Positions 38,724 through 51,135 of a stretch of DNA of 64,000 nucleotides are shown here, one piece after another. The DNA is from Octopus vulgaris (lineage: Eukaryota). A program made the translations under genes and the position numbers. The notes under the pieces were generated by a model, which had not been told where the DNA came from, searched no databases, and was given only the letters and a program-made list of their open reading frames with translations. Where the stretch lies: assembly GCA_951406725.2 (NCBI GenBank), contig OX597814.1, forward strand, positions 138,260,001 to 138,324,000, in the 5' to 3' direction. Numbering within the stretch: the first letter of the stretch is position 1; each line of letters opens with the position of its first letter.

Positions 38724-40916
38724 AGAGGACTAAAATTCACCCCAACTCCGCAATACCCTAACCTGAGGGAAATACAGGATGACATCTCACACTTTTGCAG
38801 AAAATTACGCCTCACAGAGGAATTCTTTGACAGGAAAACTAATAATAACGACGAATCAATGGTCCGTAACAAAAGCAACTATAATCCCATAAAAGGCAAA
38901 AACAAAACCTTAGACAAATTTTGCGATTACATCTCAAACTTCCCTTATGGTGAACTCCCACAACCTAAACTCAAACCCAACACCAGTAAAAGAGAATGGG
39001 AAATCATACATACGCTACGAGACAATCACAACGTCACAATAAAGGAAGCTGATAAGGGTAGTACGGTCGTTGTTATGAATACTGAGCAATATAAAAACTC
39101 TGTATCTCTCCTTTTAGAGGATACCACATACTATGAGAGAGTAGTCGACTACCAGCAATCCAAAACAATGACCAAACTGAAGGCACTCATTTACCAACAC
39201 CGGAATGACTTGACAGCAAAGGAATGCGACTACATTACTAAATTTAATTGCAAAACCAGCACACTCTATGGGCTTCCAAAAATACACAAGAGTCAAATTA
39301 TCACAGAAGCTTGCAAAAAGTCCACTTCAACCTGCATCACTATACCACATCCCACTGATCTCAAACTGAGACCAATAGTGGCAGGCCCAAGTTGTGAAAC
39401 ACACAGACTTAGCAACTTTATAGATATCATCTTAAAGCCAATACTGAAACACATTCCAAGTATTGTAAGAGATGACCTGGACCTATTAAATCATCTCCCC
39501 AAACATGCCGATAAAGACACCTTAATCGTTTCTTTTGATGTTATTAATCTTTACACCACAATCCCACATGAATATGGACTGGAAGCCATTAAATTCTGGC
39601 TGGATAAATATCCCAATGAGATCCCGGAAAGAATTAAAAAAGAATTCATAATTGAGGGCCTCAAATTTATTCTGCAAAACAACTTCATGTATTTCCACAA
39701 CAACACTTACAGACAGGTCTCAGGAACTGCAATGGGTACGAAAGTTGCACCTACCTATGCAAACCTGGTGATGGCCTACCTGGAATCACATATCTATGAA
39801 AAATCCAAATATAAGTACGGCCAGTCTTTCCACAAATACCTGTTGGAGAACTGGAAACGCTACTTAGATGATTGCCTCATCCTATGGTCCCACACACTCG
39901 ACCAACTTAAAGACTTCAAAAACCTTATCAACAGTGTTAATAACAACATTCAATTCACAATGGAATATAGTCAGGACCAACTCCCTTTTCTTGACATCCT
40001 AATCATTAAAAAAGGCGTCAACATTGAAACTGACATCCATTACAAACCCACTGACTCTAAACAATACCTTCTATTCACCTCCAATCACCCAAAACACACA
40101 AAGACAAATATCCCCTTCAACCTAGCGAGAAGAATCTGCACTATTGTCTCAAATGACACAACACGAAATAGAAGACTCCGGGAACTAAGGGCAATTCTTC
40201 TCGAAAGACATTACCCGGCATCACTAGTAGACAACGGAATAGAACGGGCCAAATCAATCAACATTCAAGACCTACGAAAACCCAAACACATCCACAGTTC
40301 AGTAAATAGCCTCCCCTATCTCTCAACACACAACCCAAGGAATGCAGAAGCTTACACTATTATATACAACAACATTCCACAACTAAATCAAGACCCACGC
40401 CTGAAAAAAATACTGGCAGCTCATAAAATAATAAAAAGTAAGAGACAACCTAAATCCCTAAAAAACCTCCTCACCAACGCAAAATTACACAACACAAACC
40501 CACCGCCCACCATCAAAAAATGTGGTCGCCCCAATTGCAAGACCTGCATCCACCTCATTGAGGGATCGTCGTACAAGTTCCACTCGGGACACACATTCAT
40601 CATAAAAAATAATTTCACGTGCGCATCAAAAAATTTACTCTACGTCATAAGGTGTGAAGGATGCCACGAAGACTACATAGGGCAAACGAGCCTTACCCTC
40701 AGAGAAAGAATGACAGTTCACCGACAACAACTGAGGGACCCCTCCACAAGACAGATACCACTAAGTGGACACTTAGACCTTTGTGCACACAATAAGTCCC
40801 CCAAATTCTTAGTCTTCCCACTATACCAATGCTCGGACAACACCACAGACCAAACACGAATAAATAAGGAAAGTAATCTTATTCAAAAATACAGACCACA
40901 ACTAAACATACTCTAA
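38724..40916 (+). CDS. Penelope-like reverse transcriptase + GIY-YIG endonuclease (N-terminally truncated; first ATG at 38859)
   Basis: PLE motifs RGLKFTPTP..FCRKLRL (in frame upstream of the ATG), KEADKG, YGLPKIHK, LRPIV, SFDVINLYT, GTAMGTKVAPTYANL, WKRYLDD, LPFLD and HYKPTD. Cys linker CGRPNCKTC. GIY-YIG region LLYVIRCEGCHEDYIGQT..RERMTVHR..GHL. No internal stops. Confidence 0.95.
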   Translation, partial: RGLKFTPTPQYPNLREIQDDISHFCRKLRLTEEFFDRKTNNNDESMVRNKSNYNPIKGKNKTLDKFCDYISNFPYGELPQPKLKPNTSKREWEIIHTLRDNHNVTIKEADKGSTVVVMNTEQYKNSVSLLLEDTTYYERVVDYQQSKTMTKLKALIYQHRNDLTAKECDYITKFNCKTSTLYGLPKIHKSQIITEACKKSTSTCITIPHPTDLKLRPIVAGPSCETHRLSNFIDIILKPILKHIPSIVRDDLDLLNHLPKHADKDTLIVSFDVINLYTTIPHEYGLEAIKFWLDKYPNEIPERIKKEFIIEGLKFILQNNFMYFHNNTYRQVSGTAMGTKVAPTYANLVMAYLESHIYEKSKYKYGQSFHKYLLENWKRYLDDCLILWSHTLDQLKDFKNLINSVNNNIQFTMEYSQDQLPFLDILIIKKGVNIETDIHYKPTDSKQYLLFTSNHPKHTKTNIPFNLARRICTIVSNDTTRNRRLRELRAILLERHYPASLVDNGIERAKSINIQDLRKPKHIHSSVNSLPYLSTHNPRNAEAYTIIYNNIPQLNQDPRLKKILAAHKIIKSKRQPKSLKNLLTNAKLHNTNPPPTIKKCGRPNCKTCIHLIEGSSYKFHSGHTFIIKNNFTCASKNLLYVIRCEGCHEDYIGQTSLTLRERMTVHRQQLRDPSTRQIPLSGHLDLCAHNKSPKFLVFPLYQCSDNTTDQTRINKESNLIQKYRPQLNIL

Positions 40917-41049
40917 CATACCCCCTGGGCACACATCCAGAGCAGGCACACAGGGGCACGCGCACACTCACAGCATATCGTGCGGGTGGGCACATGCGCG
41001 CATCGGCACGCATAGGACACACTAGCGGGCATTGACCGCACACATACGT

Positions 41050-41326
41050 GGCACGCACACGCATGCATTATATATATGTAGGTTATGTATGTGTGTGAGT
41101 GTTGTGTGTGTGTGTGTGAGTGTGCACGTTGTGTGTGTGTGTGTGCGCGTGTGTTTATGTGTGTGTGTGTGTGTGCACTGTGTGCGTGTGTGTATGTGTG
41201 TGTGTGTGCGCGCGTTGTGTGTGTGTGTGCACGTGTGTATATATGTGTGTGTGTGTGCGTGTGTGTGTGTATGTGTGTGTGTGTGAGCATTGTGTACGAG
41301 TGTATGTATTTACATGTGTATTTGTT

Positions 41327-41360
<34 letters not shown>

Positions 41361-42159
41361 CTGTGTGTGTATATGCATGGTATGTGTGTATATGTGAGTA
41401 CATTGTTTGTGTGTGTGTGCGGTATGTAGAGATATATTTGAGTGTGTACACTATAGGTTTGTATTTTTTGTGTGTGTGGGTGTGTGTGTGTGAATTTTAT
41501 ATATATATGTGTGTGTATGTGTGTGAAAAAATATATGTATGTGCATGTATGTATGTATGTATATGTGTATATATATATATATATGTGTATATATATATAT
41601 GTGTGTGTGTATGTGTGTGTGTGTATATATATTTTCATGTATATGGGTGTATAAACATGTGCATTATTTGCATGCGCATTGTGTATATGTATATTGTATG
41701 TATGTGTATTGTATATGTATGTGTACAATTAAGTGTATATATGTGTGTATGTGTGCATTGTATATATGTATATTGTAAGTGTGCTATATATACATGAATA
41801 CATGTATATACGTTGCGTGTATATATATGTATGCATTGTGTATGTATGTTATGTGTGTGTGTGTCTATATATTTTATATGTATGCGTACGTGTATGTGTA
41901 TGCATTGTATGTATGTATATTGTGTGTATATGTGGTATATCTATGTATGTGTATGTAAACACTATTTATATGTATATATGTATATATGTATATGCATTGT
42001 CTATATATATATATATTATATGTATGTATTGCGTATGTATATTGCATGCATATATTGTGTATGTGTATTATATACATGCTGTGTATGTGTATTGTATGTG
42101 TATATATATGCTAGGTGTATTTGTGTGATATTTATATTATGTATATATGTGTGCGTGTG

Positions 42160-42196
<37 letters not shown>

Positions 42197-42400
42197 GTGT
42201 GTGTATGTTTTATATATGTGTGTATATTATATATAAATACATGTTATATTTGTGTGCTGTGTGTATATATTATATATGTGGGTGCGTTGTGTGTGTGTGT
42301 GTTCTGTGTGTGTGTGTGTTGTGTGTATGTGGTGTGTGTGTGTATACTATGTGTGTGTGTGTATTGTTGTTGTGTGTGTGTGTGTATATATGTGTGTGAC
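41050..42400. repeat. Compound imperfect (TG)/(TA) low-complexity tract in the PLE 3' UTR
   Basis: Lies between the ORF stop and the pseudo-LTR. Its distal ~90 bp is copied in the left arm. Confidence 0.85.
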
Positions 42401-43050
42401 AAACAGACGCTGTCTGACCAGCAGGCACACGGACACATCTATTCACACCCGCATACTCACCTCCCAATAACCCCAAAGTCACTGATGCTTGAAGGGGAAG
42501 TATAAACCAAATTGGGTACATATCTTTTTTTCTCTCAATTCAACTTTTCTGCTAAAACAAACAGGTCAGTAAAAAACAAATTCTCGCCTTCGATTCAAAA
42601 TATTCTGAGATGTCTAAAATATCCATTTTAATTTTCTCTGTCAATATTACAAGCTTTCTCACCAAACTATTACACTTCCTTATGTCTTTAACATGTCATT
42701 TCTACCAAAGACTGTATATATATACATGTAATGTGACAATTTGCGACAACCAATAATTAACGCAACCAAATTTCCAATAATATATTTGTTTTATTCTTTT
42801 CTGCCAACTTTTCCAAATATTCTCATCACACTATTGAACTTTTTTATACTATATTTATACATGTAATGTGACAATTATGTATAAAAAAACATTTTTGAAT
42901 TCATAATATTCAATGTGATAATTATGTAAAAAACTTTTTTTGAACCCATAATATTCAATGTTACTTTTGACAATCTTTTTAACAAAGAGTGAAACCGGTT
43001 AAGTAAATAAACATCGTTTAAATTGCATTTTCAAACCTTTTTTCATATAT
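42311..43050 (+). repeat. 3' pseudo-LTR (right arm)
   Basis: See left arm. Contains short internal repeats (AATGTGACAATT), the HHR and AATAAA at 43006. Confidence 0.95.
42961..43006 (+). ncRNA. Minimal type I hammerhead ribozyme with compensatory U3-A8 core
   Basis: TTACTT TTGACAA T CTTTTT AAC AAAGAG T GAAA CC GG T T AAGTAA: 6-bp helix I, U.U plus 6-bp helix II, palindromic ACCGGU helix III. Predicted cleavage after 43000 (GUU). Sense to the ORF. Confidence 0.72.
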
Positions 43051-43083
43051 AATCCCACTCGTGCGATACCCCACAACTCAACT

Positions 43084-43127
<44 letters not shown>

Positions 43128-43272
43128 GTATTTATGCATGTATATATGTGTATATATTTATATTTATGCATATATGTGTATATATATAGATGTGTATATA
43201 TATATATATATATATATGATTGATTGATTGATTGATTCTAGTTTCAGCTTATGAGCTGTGGCCATGCTGGGG

Positions 43273-43327
<55 letters not shown>

Positions 43328-43940
43328 ATATGTATAGATACATACGATACATACAACAGTTTCTGTCTACCAAGTTTCTGTCCAAAATGCCGCGCAATCG
43401 GACTGAACGCGAAGCCGCTTAGTTGCGAAGCGAACTTCTTAATCCAATAGCTATTTTTTCAATGTCTACATTGAAATCCATCAGTGGTGTCGCAGTCGCT
43501 ATTATGATATTTCAAACATTCCTCAAACTCTGGGTCCATTCGTTAGTGTGTTTGATTAGTACGGAGAAAGCGTCACGAATTCGAATCTCTGACGGTTTGA
43601 TCTTCAAAACCCTTGTATCCATGAGAAATCTCTCCTGTTGCAGGGACATTCCGCTACTACAGTCTGTCTTGGTCCACCCTGACGCGTTCTTTCAATGCGT
43701 GATGGGCAATGAGGAGTATTGGTAGGCTTTGAAGCCCCAGGCGGAATTTGAACCACCCTAGATAGGTACCATATTTACAGATTGCCGAAGGGACAAAAAG
43801 TAGATTTAAGTTCGAGTGAACTTGAGTTCAGAAACTCAGAATCAGAACGAACAGAGCAAAGCGTTCTCTTATTTAACGATGTTGACAATTCGCCGCTTAT
43901 ATCGCTGCATACATGCATGCATGCATGCATGCATGCTTGC

Positions 43941-43971
<31 letters not shown>

Positions 43972-44276
43972 CATACATACATACATACATACATACATGC
44001 ATGCATGCATGCATGCATGCATGCATATACACGCTGCCTACAGCAGTATGTATGCTTGATTTTTCTTTGAGTTTTATTTAAGTTCTTCTTGAGAGAGTTT
44101 AAGCCGGTCGCTAAAAAAAAGCAACCAGAGATTTTGAGTTATGAGAGTTCCCGGTGTTTGTAAATTCGTGGTCAAGTTGATGCGTTGGTTGAACTGTTAT
44201 GCATACACCTAAGTGTGTGTGTGTATGCATGCATGCAGGTATGTATGCATTTTTGTATCCATCCATCCATCCATCC

Positions 44277-44356
<80 letters not shown>

Positions 44357-44388
44357 CTGTCTGTCTTATATTTATTATATATATATAA

Positions 44389-44434
<46 letters not shown>

Positions 44435-44992
44435 GTATTGTTTTGTGTGCCGGTTTGCCTTTATATATATGTAACACAAACAGGTACACATAATACTACA
44501 TAAGCATGCTTATGAATATAGTCGGCTATTTCTTAACTCTGAGCATTTCATTGTTGATCTGAGCGTGGGACGAATATCGTGTTGATGGCAAAATTATCGT
44601 GCTAGAGAAGGATTCGATCTCAGCACTATATATTAACAAGCGGCATATATTTCTCGTTCATTCGGCGCTATGCAAGTGACCAGTTCACACTACTCTCGTG
44701 ATCTGTCATATCCAGGTAAGTGAAAGTGGACCAGGACATTACAATACTAACAAAAAGAAAAAAAAAAAAGAAAAGACCTGCGACTGTGTCTATTTATAAA
44801 AAAAACAACCTAAGACGTGTGTAGTAGAGCCTAACTTATGTACACTGTTATTGCGTTTGAGGGTGAGAAGTGTGTGTGTGAGTATATATAAACAAATATA
44901 CGCAAGGAGTGTAATTGCTTTCTACATACACACACACACACACACATATATATACATACATGCATGCATCCATACATACATTTCCACGCACG

Positions 44993-45035
<43 letters not shown>

Positions 45036-47087
45036 GCTCGTACACATATATGCACACGCTATATATACTTGTACATATGCATATAGGCAATCTTTCGTTA
45101 TTCGTTGCATAGACAATATGCACATACACATATGTATGTATGTATGTATATATTTATACTGAAATAAACAGAGTATAATGCTTGCACATATGTGTCTCTT
45201 CCTGTCATAATTTTTCTTTTATATACAAATATGTATAATCGTCGTTTTTCTTAATCGTTTCAAAAGTGGATCAAGGGCAGAAAGTTTCGTGTATAGGCAT
45301 TTATCAAACTTCTCGGCCAATAAGTCACTTTCTTCTAATTATGTAAGATCTAATTTTCCCTGCAAGTTCTGTTTGACCAAAAACTTGCACAAATATATAA
45401 TTATAATCTGCATTTCTTAATGCTTGTGTTTAAAAGTTTGTCTCAGTTTTTCGTCCAGGCGTCTTTTTATGTTTGGACTCTTGTTCATTTCAGTTTGCTA
45501 AACATTCATGCTTTCTTTCTGTCTGTCTGTCTGTCTCTCTTTTTTTTTTCCTTGTTTAAAACCACACCGATCAGTATAGAGGTGGTTTTTGACAGAAATC
45601 TTTTATTATATTATAAATATATATAACGACGTAAATGTAGGCACATAAAACGAAAAAGTTTTTTGTGTTCGTGCGTGGGTGTGTATGTGGATATATGTGT
45701 GTAGGTATGTGTATGTGTCAGTGTATTATATAAATTTGTGCATGCTTCCGTGTTTGATTGACGTTTTGATTTTAATGGTTCGATATGAACCTTCGTTATC
45801 TTTTTTTCAACCTTGTGTTCCTACTCTATGTGTTTGTGTGTGTGTGGGTATGTGTGTGTTTATATTTATTTATTCATGTATATATATTGGTAAATATATA
45901 TATATACGAAGGCCTTTGTGTGTGTGTGTGTGTGTATGCTCTTGGCTCTGTATCTCGCATAAACACACCAGGGACATTGGCAGACACGTTTAATCATCGG
46001 ACAACGTGCTTTGCAGTATTTAGTTACATACCTTTTTATATCTTGAGTTCAAATCCTCTCGAAGTTTTACTTCGATATTTAACCCTTTTGGGATCGATAA
46101 AGGACAACATTGGTCGAATGATACTGAGAAACGATACTGTTGGAAGCTTTTCAAATCGTTGTGATCTGCGGTCGACGCTTGATGGAAAGAATGTCTTGCA
46201 ATGTATATTGGTGATGTTGAGGCTTTACGTAAGAATGATTTTCCCTTATATATTTACTATTTGATATCACGTTGAAATTAGACTAGATTTTAACATAGTA
46301 TATTCTCACCTGTAGACATATTATCAACTTGCTAATCTATTGTTTGTTTGTCTATGTCTCGGTTTGTCTATGTGTTGAACTGATCTTAAAAACGGACTAG
46401 GTTCAAGCGCGAAAAGCGAAACTTAGCAATGAACTTGGCTCGTTCATCACCAACACTCTCGTCACTATCATCATCACTATAATCATCATTAATATTTAAA
46501 CTATGCGGTAGATATGTTTCTATTTAAAAGTCCCAACGCTTTATCAAAACCTGCCCTAACTACATACTTCTTAACTTTTTGTTTATGACGCGATAAGAAC
46601 GGCAGAATTGTTTGTTCGCTTGTTTACTTCTTAAACCCATATTAACATACATGGATCAAATCTATGATCAAAGGCATTCCAGCCATGACAATCCTGTCAT
46701 ATATTTAGACAATGCATTTAAGCCACAATATCTGCATTTAAAACCTCAGCGTGGCCTTCCCTTTTTAAGACGACAAGATGTGATTTGAGGGTGACTGCTA
46801 TATTTTAGCAGGCTTAGTGAGAGCGTAAGAGACTCGTTTTTGCTCGAGATGTTTCTTAGTGCCAGATTTGCTCTGACTGGGCTGACGTATGGTCAAAGAC
46901 GTTCTAGCAGTGACCATCCTGTCTTTTCCCAAGACAGTAAGTACATCTGGGATCCATTGTCCATTGTGTCCTTTGCTAAGACAGTAAGGTATAATTTTGG
47001 AGGAATCGCCTACTATTTCTTGCTGCCTGAACGACCACAAAGAAACCCATCATCATCATCATCATCATCACCACCACCACCACCACC

Positions 47088-47185
<98 letters not shown>

Positions 47186-47508
47186 TGTCATCATCATTTT
47201 CATGTCGATATTTCCATAATTGCATGTGTCAGACAGGATTTGTTAAGGCAGATCTTCTATAGCCAGATGACTTTCCTGTTGTAATATTTATCCATCGACC
47301 ACAACTACGATTTCCCTCAGTTCAACAGGTTTTCACAAGCACAGCGTATCGTCCAATGATTGAAGGTTGCTTTTAATGGGCCAATTAACACAACATTGGC
47401 ATCAACCACAACTACAATCTCACTTGGCTCGATAAGTCTTCTCAAGTATGGTATATCTGTAATGGTCTCTATATATACACATATATACGACGGGTTAGGG
47501 TATGTGTT

Positions 47509-47539
<31 letters not shown>

Positions 47540-47819
47540 ATATATATATTTCAAAATGTAACCACATGCGAATCATTGGCGATTTTCTTCCCTTCTATTG
47601 GACTTTCCTCTGTTTCCTAAGAAGAGTGCTTGAAACATTAAACCATTTTTCAAAGATCATGCTTCATCACCTCATCCCCTGTCTTCATGGGTCTGCCTCT
47701 TCCACAGGTTTCCTCCTTTATTACAGTGCAACACTTCTTCATACAGCTGCCCTCATCCATACACTCATCCACACACACACACACGCACACACATATACAT
47801 ATATAGATAGATATATATA

Positions 47820-48050
47820 CTCTCTTTACTCTTTACTCTTTTACTTGTTTCAGACATTTGACTGTGGCCATGCTAGAGCACCGCTTTTAGTCGAGCAAAT
47901 CAACCCTAGGATTTATTCTTTGTAAGCCTAGTACTTATTCTATCGGTCTCTTTTGCCGAACCACTAAGTTACGGGGACGTAAACACACCAGCATTGGTTG
48001 TCAAGCGATGTTGAGGGGACAAGCACAGACACACAAACATATACACACAT
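47820..48050 (-). mobile_element. SINE family A 3' half
   Basis: Reverse complement match. Flanked by a local duplication (47470-47650 and 48110-48295). Confidence 0.8.
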
Positions 48051-48419
48051 ACATACATATCATCATCATCATCATCATCATTTAGCGTCCGTTTTATATA
48101 TATATATATATATACATACACATATATACGACGGGTTAGGGTATGTGTTTATATATATATATATGTATGTGTGTATATATATATATATATATATTTCAAA
48201 ATGTAACCACATGCGAATCATTGGCGATTTTCTTCCCTTCTATTGGACTTTCTTCTGTTTCCCAAGAAGAGTGCTTGAAACATAAAACCATTTTTCATTT
48301 CTTTCCTGAGCATCTGGTAATACATTACATGTACCATGCCCTCATTTTGTTGTTTTTTTGTGTTTGTTCTTTCTGGGATTTACTATATTTATATATATAT
48401 ACATATATGTATGTGTGTT

Positions 48420-48467
<48 letters not shown>

Positions 48468-48472
48468 CCAAG

Positions 48473-49040
48473 TAAGTTATGGGTATAATAATCCCTCAAA
48501 ATGAATACTGTTGGAAAAATGGTGATAATATGGATGGATTCATCGCTAAAGGATATACCCTTACCCTAATATCTGAAAGCTGATGAACCAACTAAATCGT
48601 TTCTCCATTTTCTTATTTGTATTATAAATTAATGGTAAATTATTTCTTTATCTTCACCCAATAAAATACAATAAATAAGTTAATTGCATTGCAATTAAAA
48701 ACATTTGTATTTTAAGAATTTGGGTATTATACCAACAGTATATTGGATAAATATTATCCCTTAGTGGGTTGGATTCATAACCCTTAACTTGCTGTTATAA
48801 AATTAATTATATGAGGAATATTTATTGCTAATACTTGTATGTGTATGAATTATCTATGCAATATTTGGAGTATTGCTAGTATAAGTGAATATATTTAAGT
48901 ATAGTATAATAATCCCTCAAAATGAATACCGTTGGAAAAATGGAGATAATATGGATGGATTCATCACTAAAGGATATACCCATACCCTAGTATCCGAAAG
49001 CTGATGAACCAACTAAATTGTTTCTTCATTTTCTTATTTG

Positions 49041-49045
<5 letters not shown>
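48473..49045 (+). mobile_element. Small element with ~150-bp direct terminal repeats in (TA)n (retrozyme-like or PLE tandem remnant)
   Basis: 48473-48626 and 48895-49045 are ~90% identical, with a period of 421 bp. Each contains a decayed HHR-like TTCATC(A/G)CTAAAGGATAT..(A/G)TATC(C/T)GAAAGCTGATGAA. Confidence 0.55.
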
Positions 49046-49092
<47 letters not shown>

Positions 49093-49093
49093 A

Positions 49094-49140
<47 letters not shown>

Positions 49141-49199
49141 ATATATGCGTGTATATATATATATATATATATGTAATGTATGTGTGTGTATATATATAT

Positions 49200-49525
49200 A
49201 TGCTGCTGATACCCACTTCGGTCATGACTGACCACAGGATTGCACCTAGAAAGTTACCCTCCTAGGCACAAGTCCGGGCAAGGTTGTTTATGGAAGACTA
49301 GCAGTCACCCATGCATACTGGCCTCCCCTCTCCATGCCACCAGTGTTATCCAAGGGAAAGGCAAAGGCCGATACAGCTTGGTACCTGTGATGTCACAACT
49401 CATTTCTACAGCTGAGTGAACTGGAGCAACGAGTGTTTTACTCAAGAACACAACATGCAACCTGGTCCGGGATTTGAACTCACAACCTCACAATTGTAAG
49501 CTTGATGCTCTAACCACTGACCCAT
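49200..49525 (-). mobile_element. SINE family C-like copy (CpG-decayed)
   Basis: Minus strand GGTCAGTGGTTAGAGCATC..GAGTTCAAATCCCGG..GTTCTTGAGTAAAACAC. Confidence 0.7.
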
Positions 49526-49682
49526 GGATATATATATGTATGTATGTATATCTGTGTGTATATATGAATGTATGTATATATATCTGTGTTTTTATATGAA
49601 TGTATGTATATATATGTGTATATATATATATGCTTATGTATATATATATGTTTATGTATGTATGCATATATATATATGTTTT

Positions 49683-49725
<43 letters not shown>

Positions 49726-49971
49726 ATTATGTATATATATGTATATATATATATATATATGTGTATATATATATATATATGTATGTTTGTATATGTTTGT
49801 ATCCCTGTAACTTAATGATTCTGTAAAAAAATATGTATCAGGCTTTAAAAAAATTTAAGTACTGAGCTTGATTAATTCAACAATAAATTCTCCAAGCAGG
49901 AGCCCCAGCATAGCCATGGTCTAATCACTGAAACAAGAAAAAATAGAAGGTATATATGTATGTATATATAT

Positions 49972-50385
49972 AGGCACAGGAGTGACTGTGTGGTATGTAG
50001 CTTGCTTACAGACTACATGGTTCCAGGTTCAGTCCCATTGCGTGGCACCTTGGGCAAGTGTCTTCTGCTTATAGCCTCAGAACGGCCAAAGCCTTGTGAG
50101 TGGATTTGGTAGACGGAAACTGAAAGAAGCCCGTCATATATGTATATATGTATGTATGTGTGTGTATATATGTTTGTGTGTTTGTGTTTGTTCCCCACCA
50201 ACATCACTTGACAACCGATGCTGGTGTGTCTACATCCTTGTAACTTAGTGGTTTGGCAAAAGAGACCAATAGAATAAGCACTAAGCTTATGAAGAATAAG
50301 TTCTGGGGTTGATTTGCATGTCTAAAGGCGGTGCTCCAGCATGGCTGCAGTCAAATGACTGAAACAAATAGAGAAATAAAAGAAT
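49972..50385 (+). mobile_element. SINE family A (CpG-decayed)
   Basis: Full length, with many CpG>TpG/CpA changes relative to 1751-2165. Confidence 0.9.
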
Positions 50386-50604
50386 ACCTTTCAGTCCCTC
50401 AGTACTCTAGTAGAGGGGTCTTGCGCTGCCTGTTACTTAATGACCTCACTGCTGCTAGTGCCATGTAAAAAGCACCCAGTCCATTCAGTAGTGGTTGGCA
50501 TCAGGAAGAGCATCCAGCTGTAGAAACCATGCCAAAGTAGACAGTAGAACTTGATGTAGTCTCCTGACTTGCCTCTTCCTACCAAACCATCCTACACACA
50601 CAAA

Positions 50605-50640
<36 letters not shown>

Positions 50641-50723
50641 TATACACACATACACACACACACAAATATTTGTATATAAATACACACACACATATATATA
50701 TTCTCATACATATACACATACAT

Positions 50724-50760
<37 letters not shown>

Positions 50761-51135
50761 AGTTTCCATGTATTTTTCAGTGTTAGCATATGTCGGAAAA
50801 CTTATGTTAATTGATTCTACAGATAGAGTTTTAATCTTTCCTGTTTGCAAAGTCCTGTTTTTACACCAACCAGTTTTCTAAAGTGATAATTTGTGTCCTG
50901 TTTTTTTAATTATTTTTATTATCATTTGTTTTGTTTTTTTTTTAAATTTGGTATGCTGAATAATACATTCTCTGAGTATTTTGCATAAAAGCTATGACAT
51001 ATTTTTTTTACTGCAATTTGATTCTATAAGCATTAACCTTTCTCAAAATGCATCACTTGTGCATTTGCAAGAAGTTGCACTCACATAAGAATTTCATGAC
51101 TCGAAAACTTTGTGAGCTCTAATTTATTATATATA

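Larger units (their letters stand above)
37985..43088 (+). mobile_element. Penelope-like retroelement (Neptune-type), 5'-truncated, with inverted pseudo-LTR, inserted in (TA)n
   Basis: RT+GIY-YIG ORF. 37985-38723 is the reverse complement of 42311-43050. A ~38-nt unique tail occupies 43051-43088. (TA)n on both flanks. Confidence 0.92.

Noticed and set aside
38513-38761. 82-aa ORF mirrored at 42270-42521
   Set aside because: Chance ORF in the inverted pseudo-LTR, out of frame with the RT ORF.
37985-43050. Interpretation as a DNA transposon with long TIRs or as an LTR/DIRS element
   Set aside because: The ORF is a PLE RT + GIY-YIG with no transposase, integrase or tyrosine recombinase, and the left repeat cuts into the ORF N-terminus.
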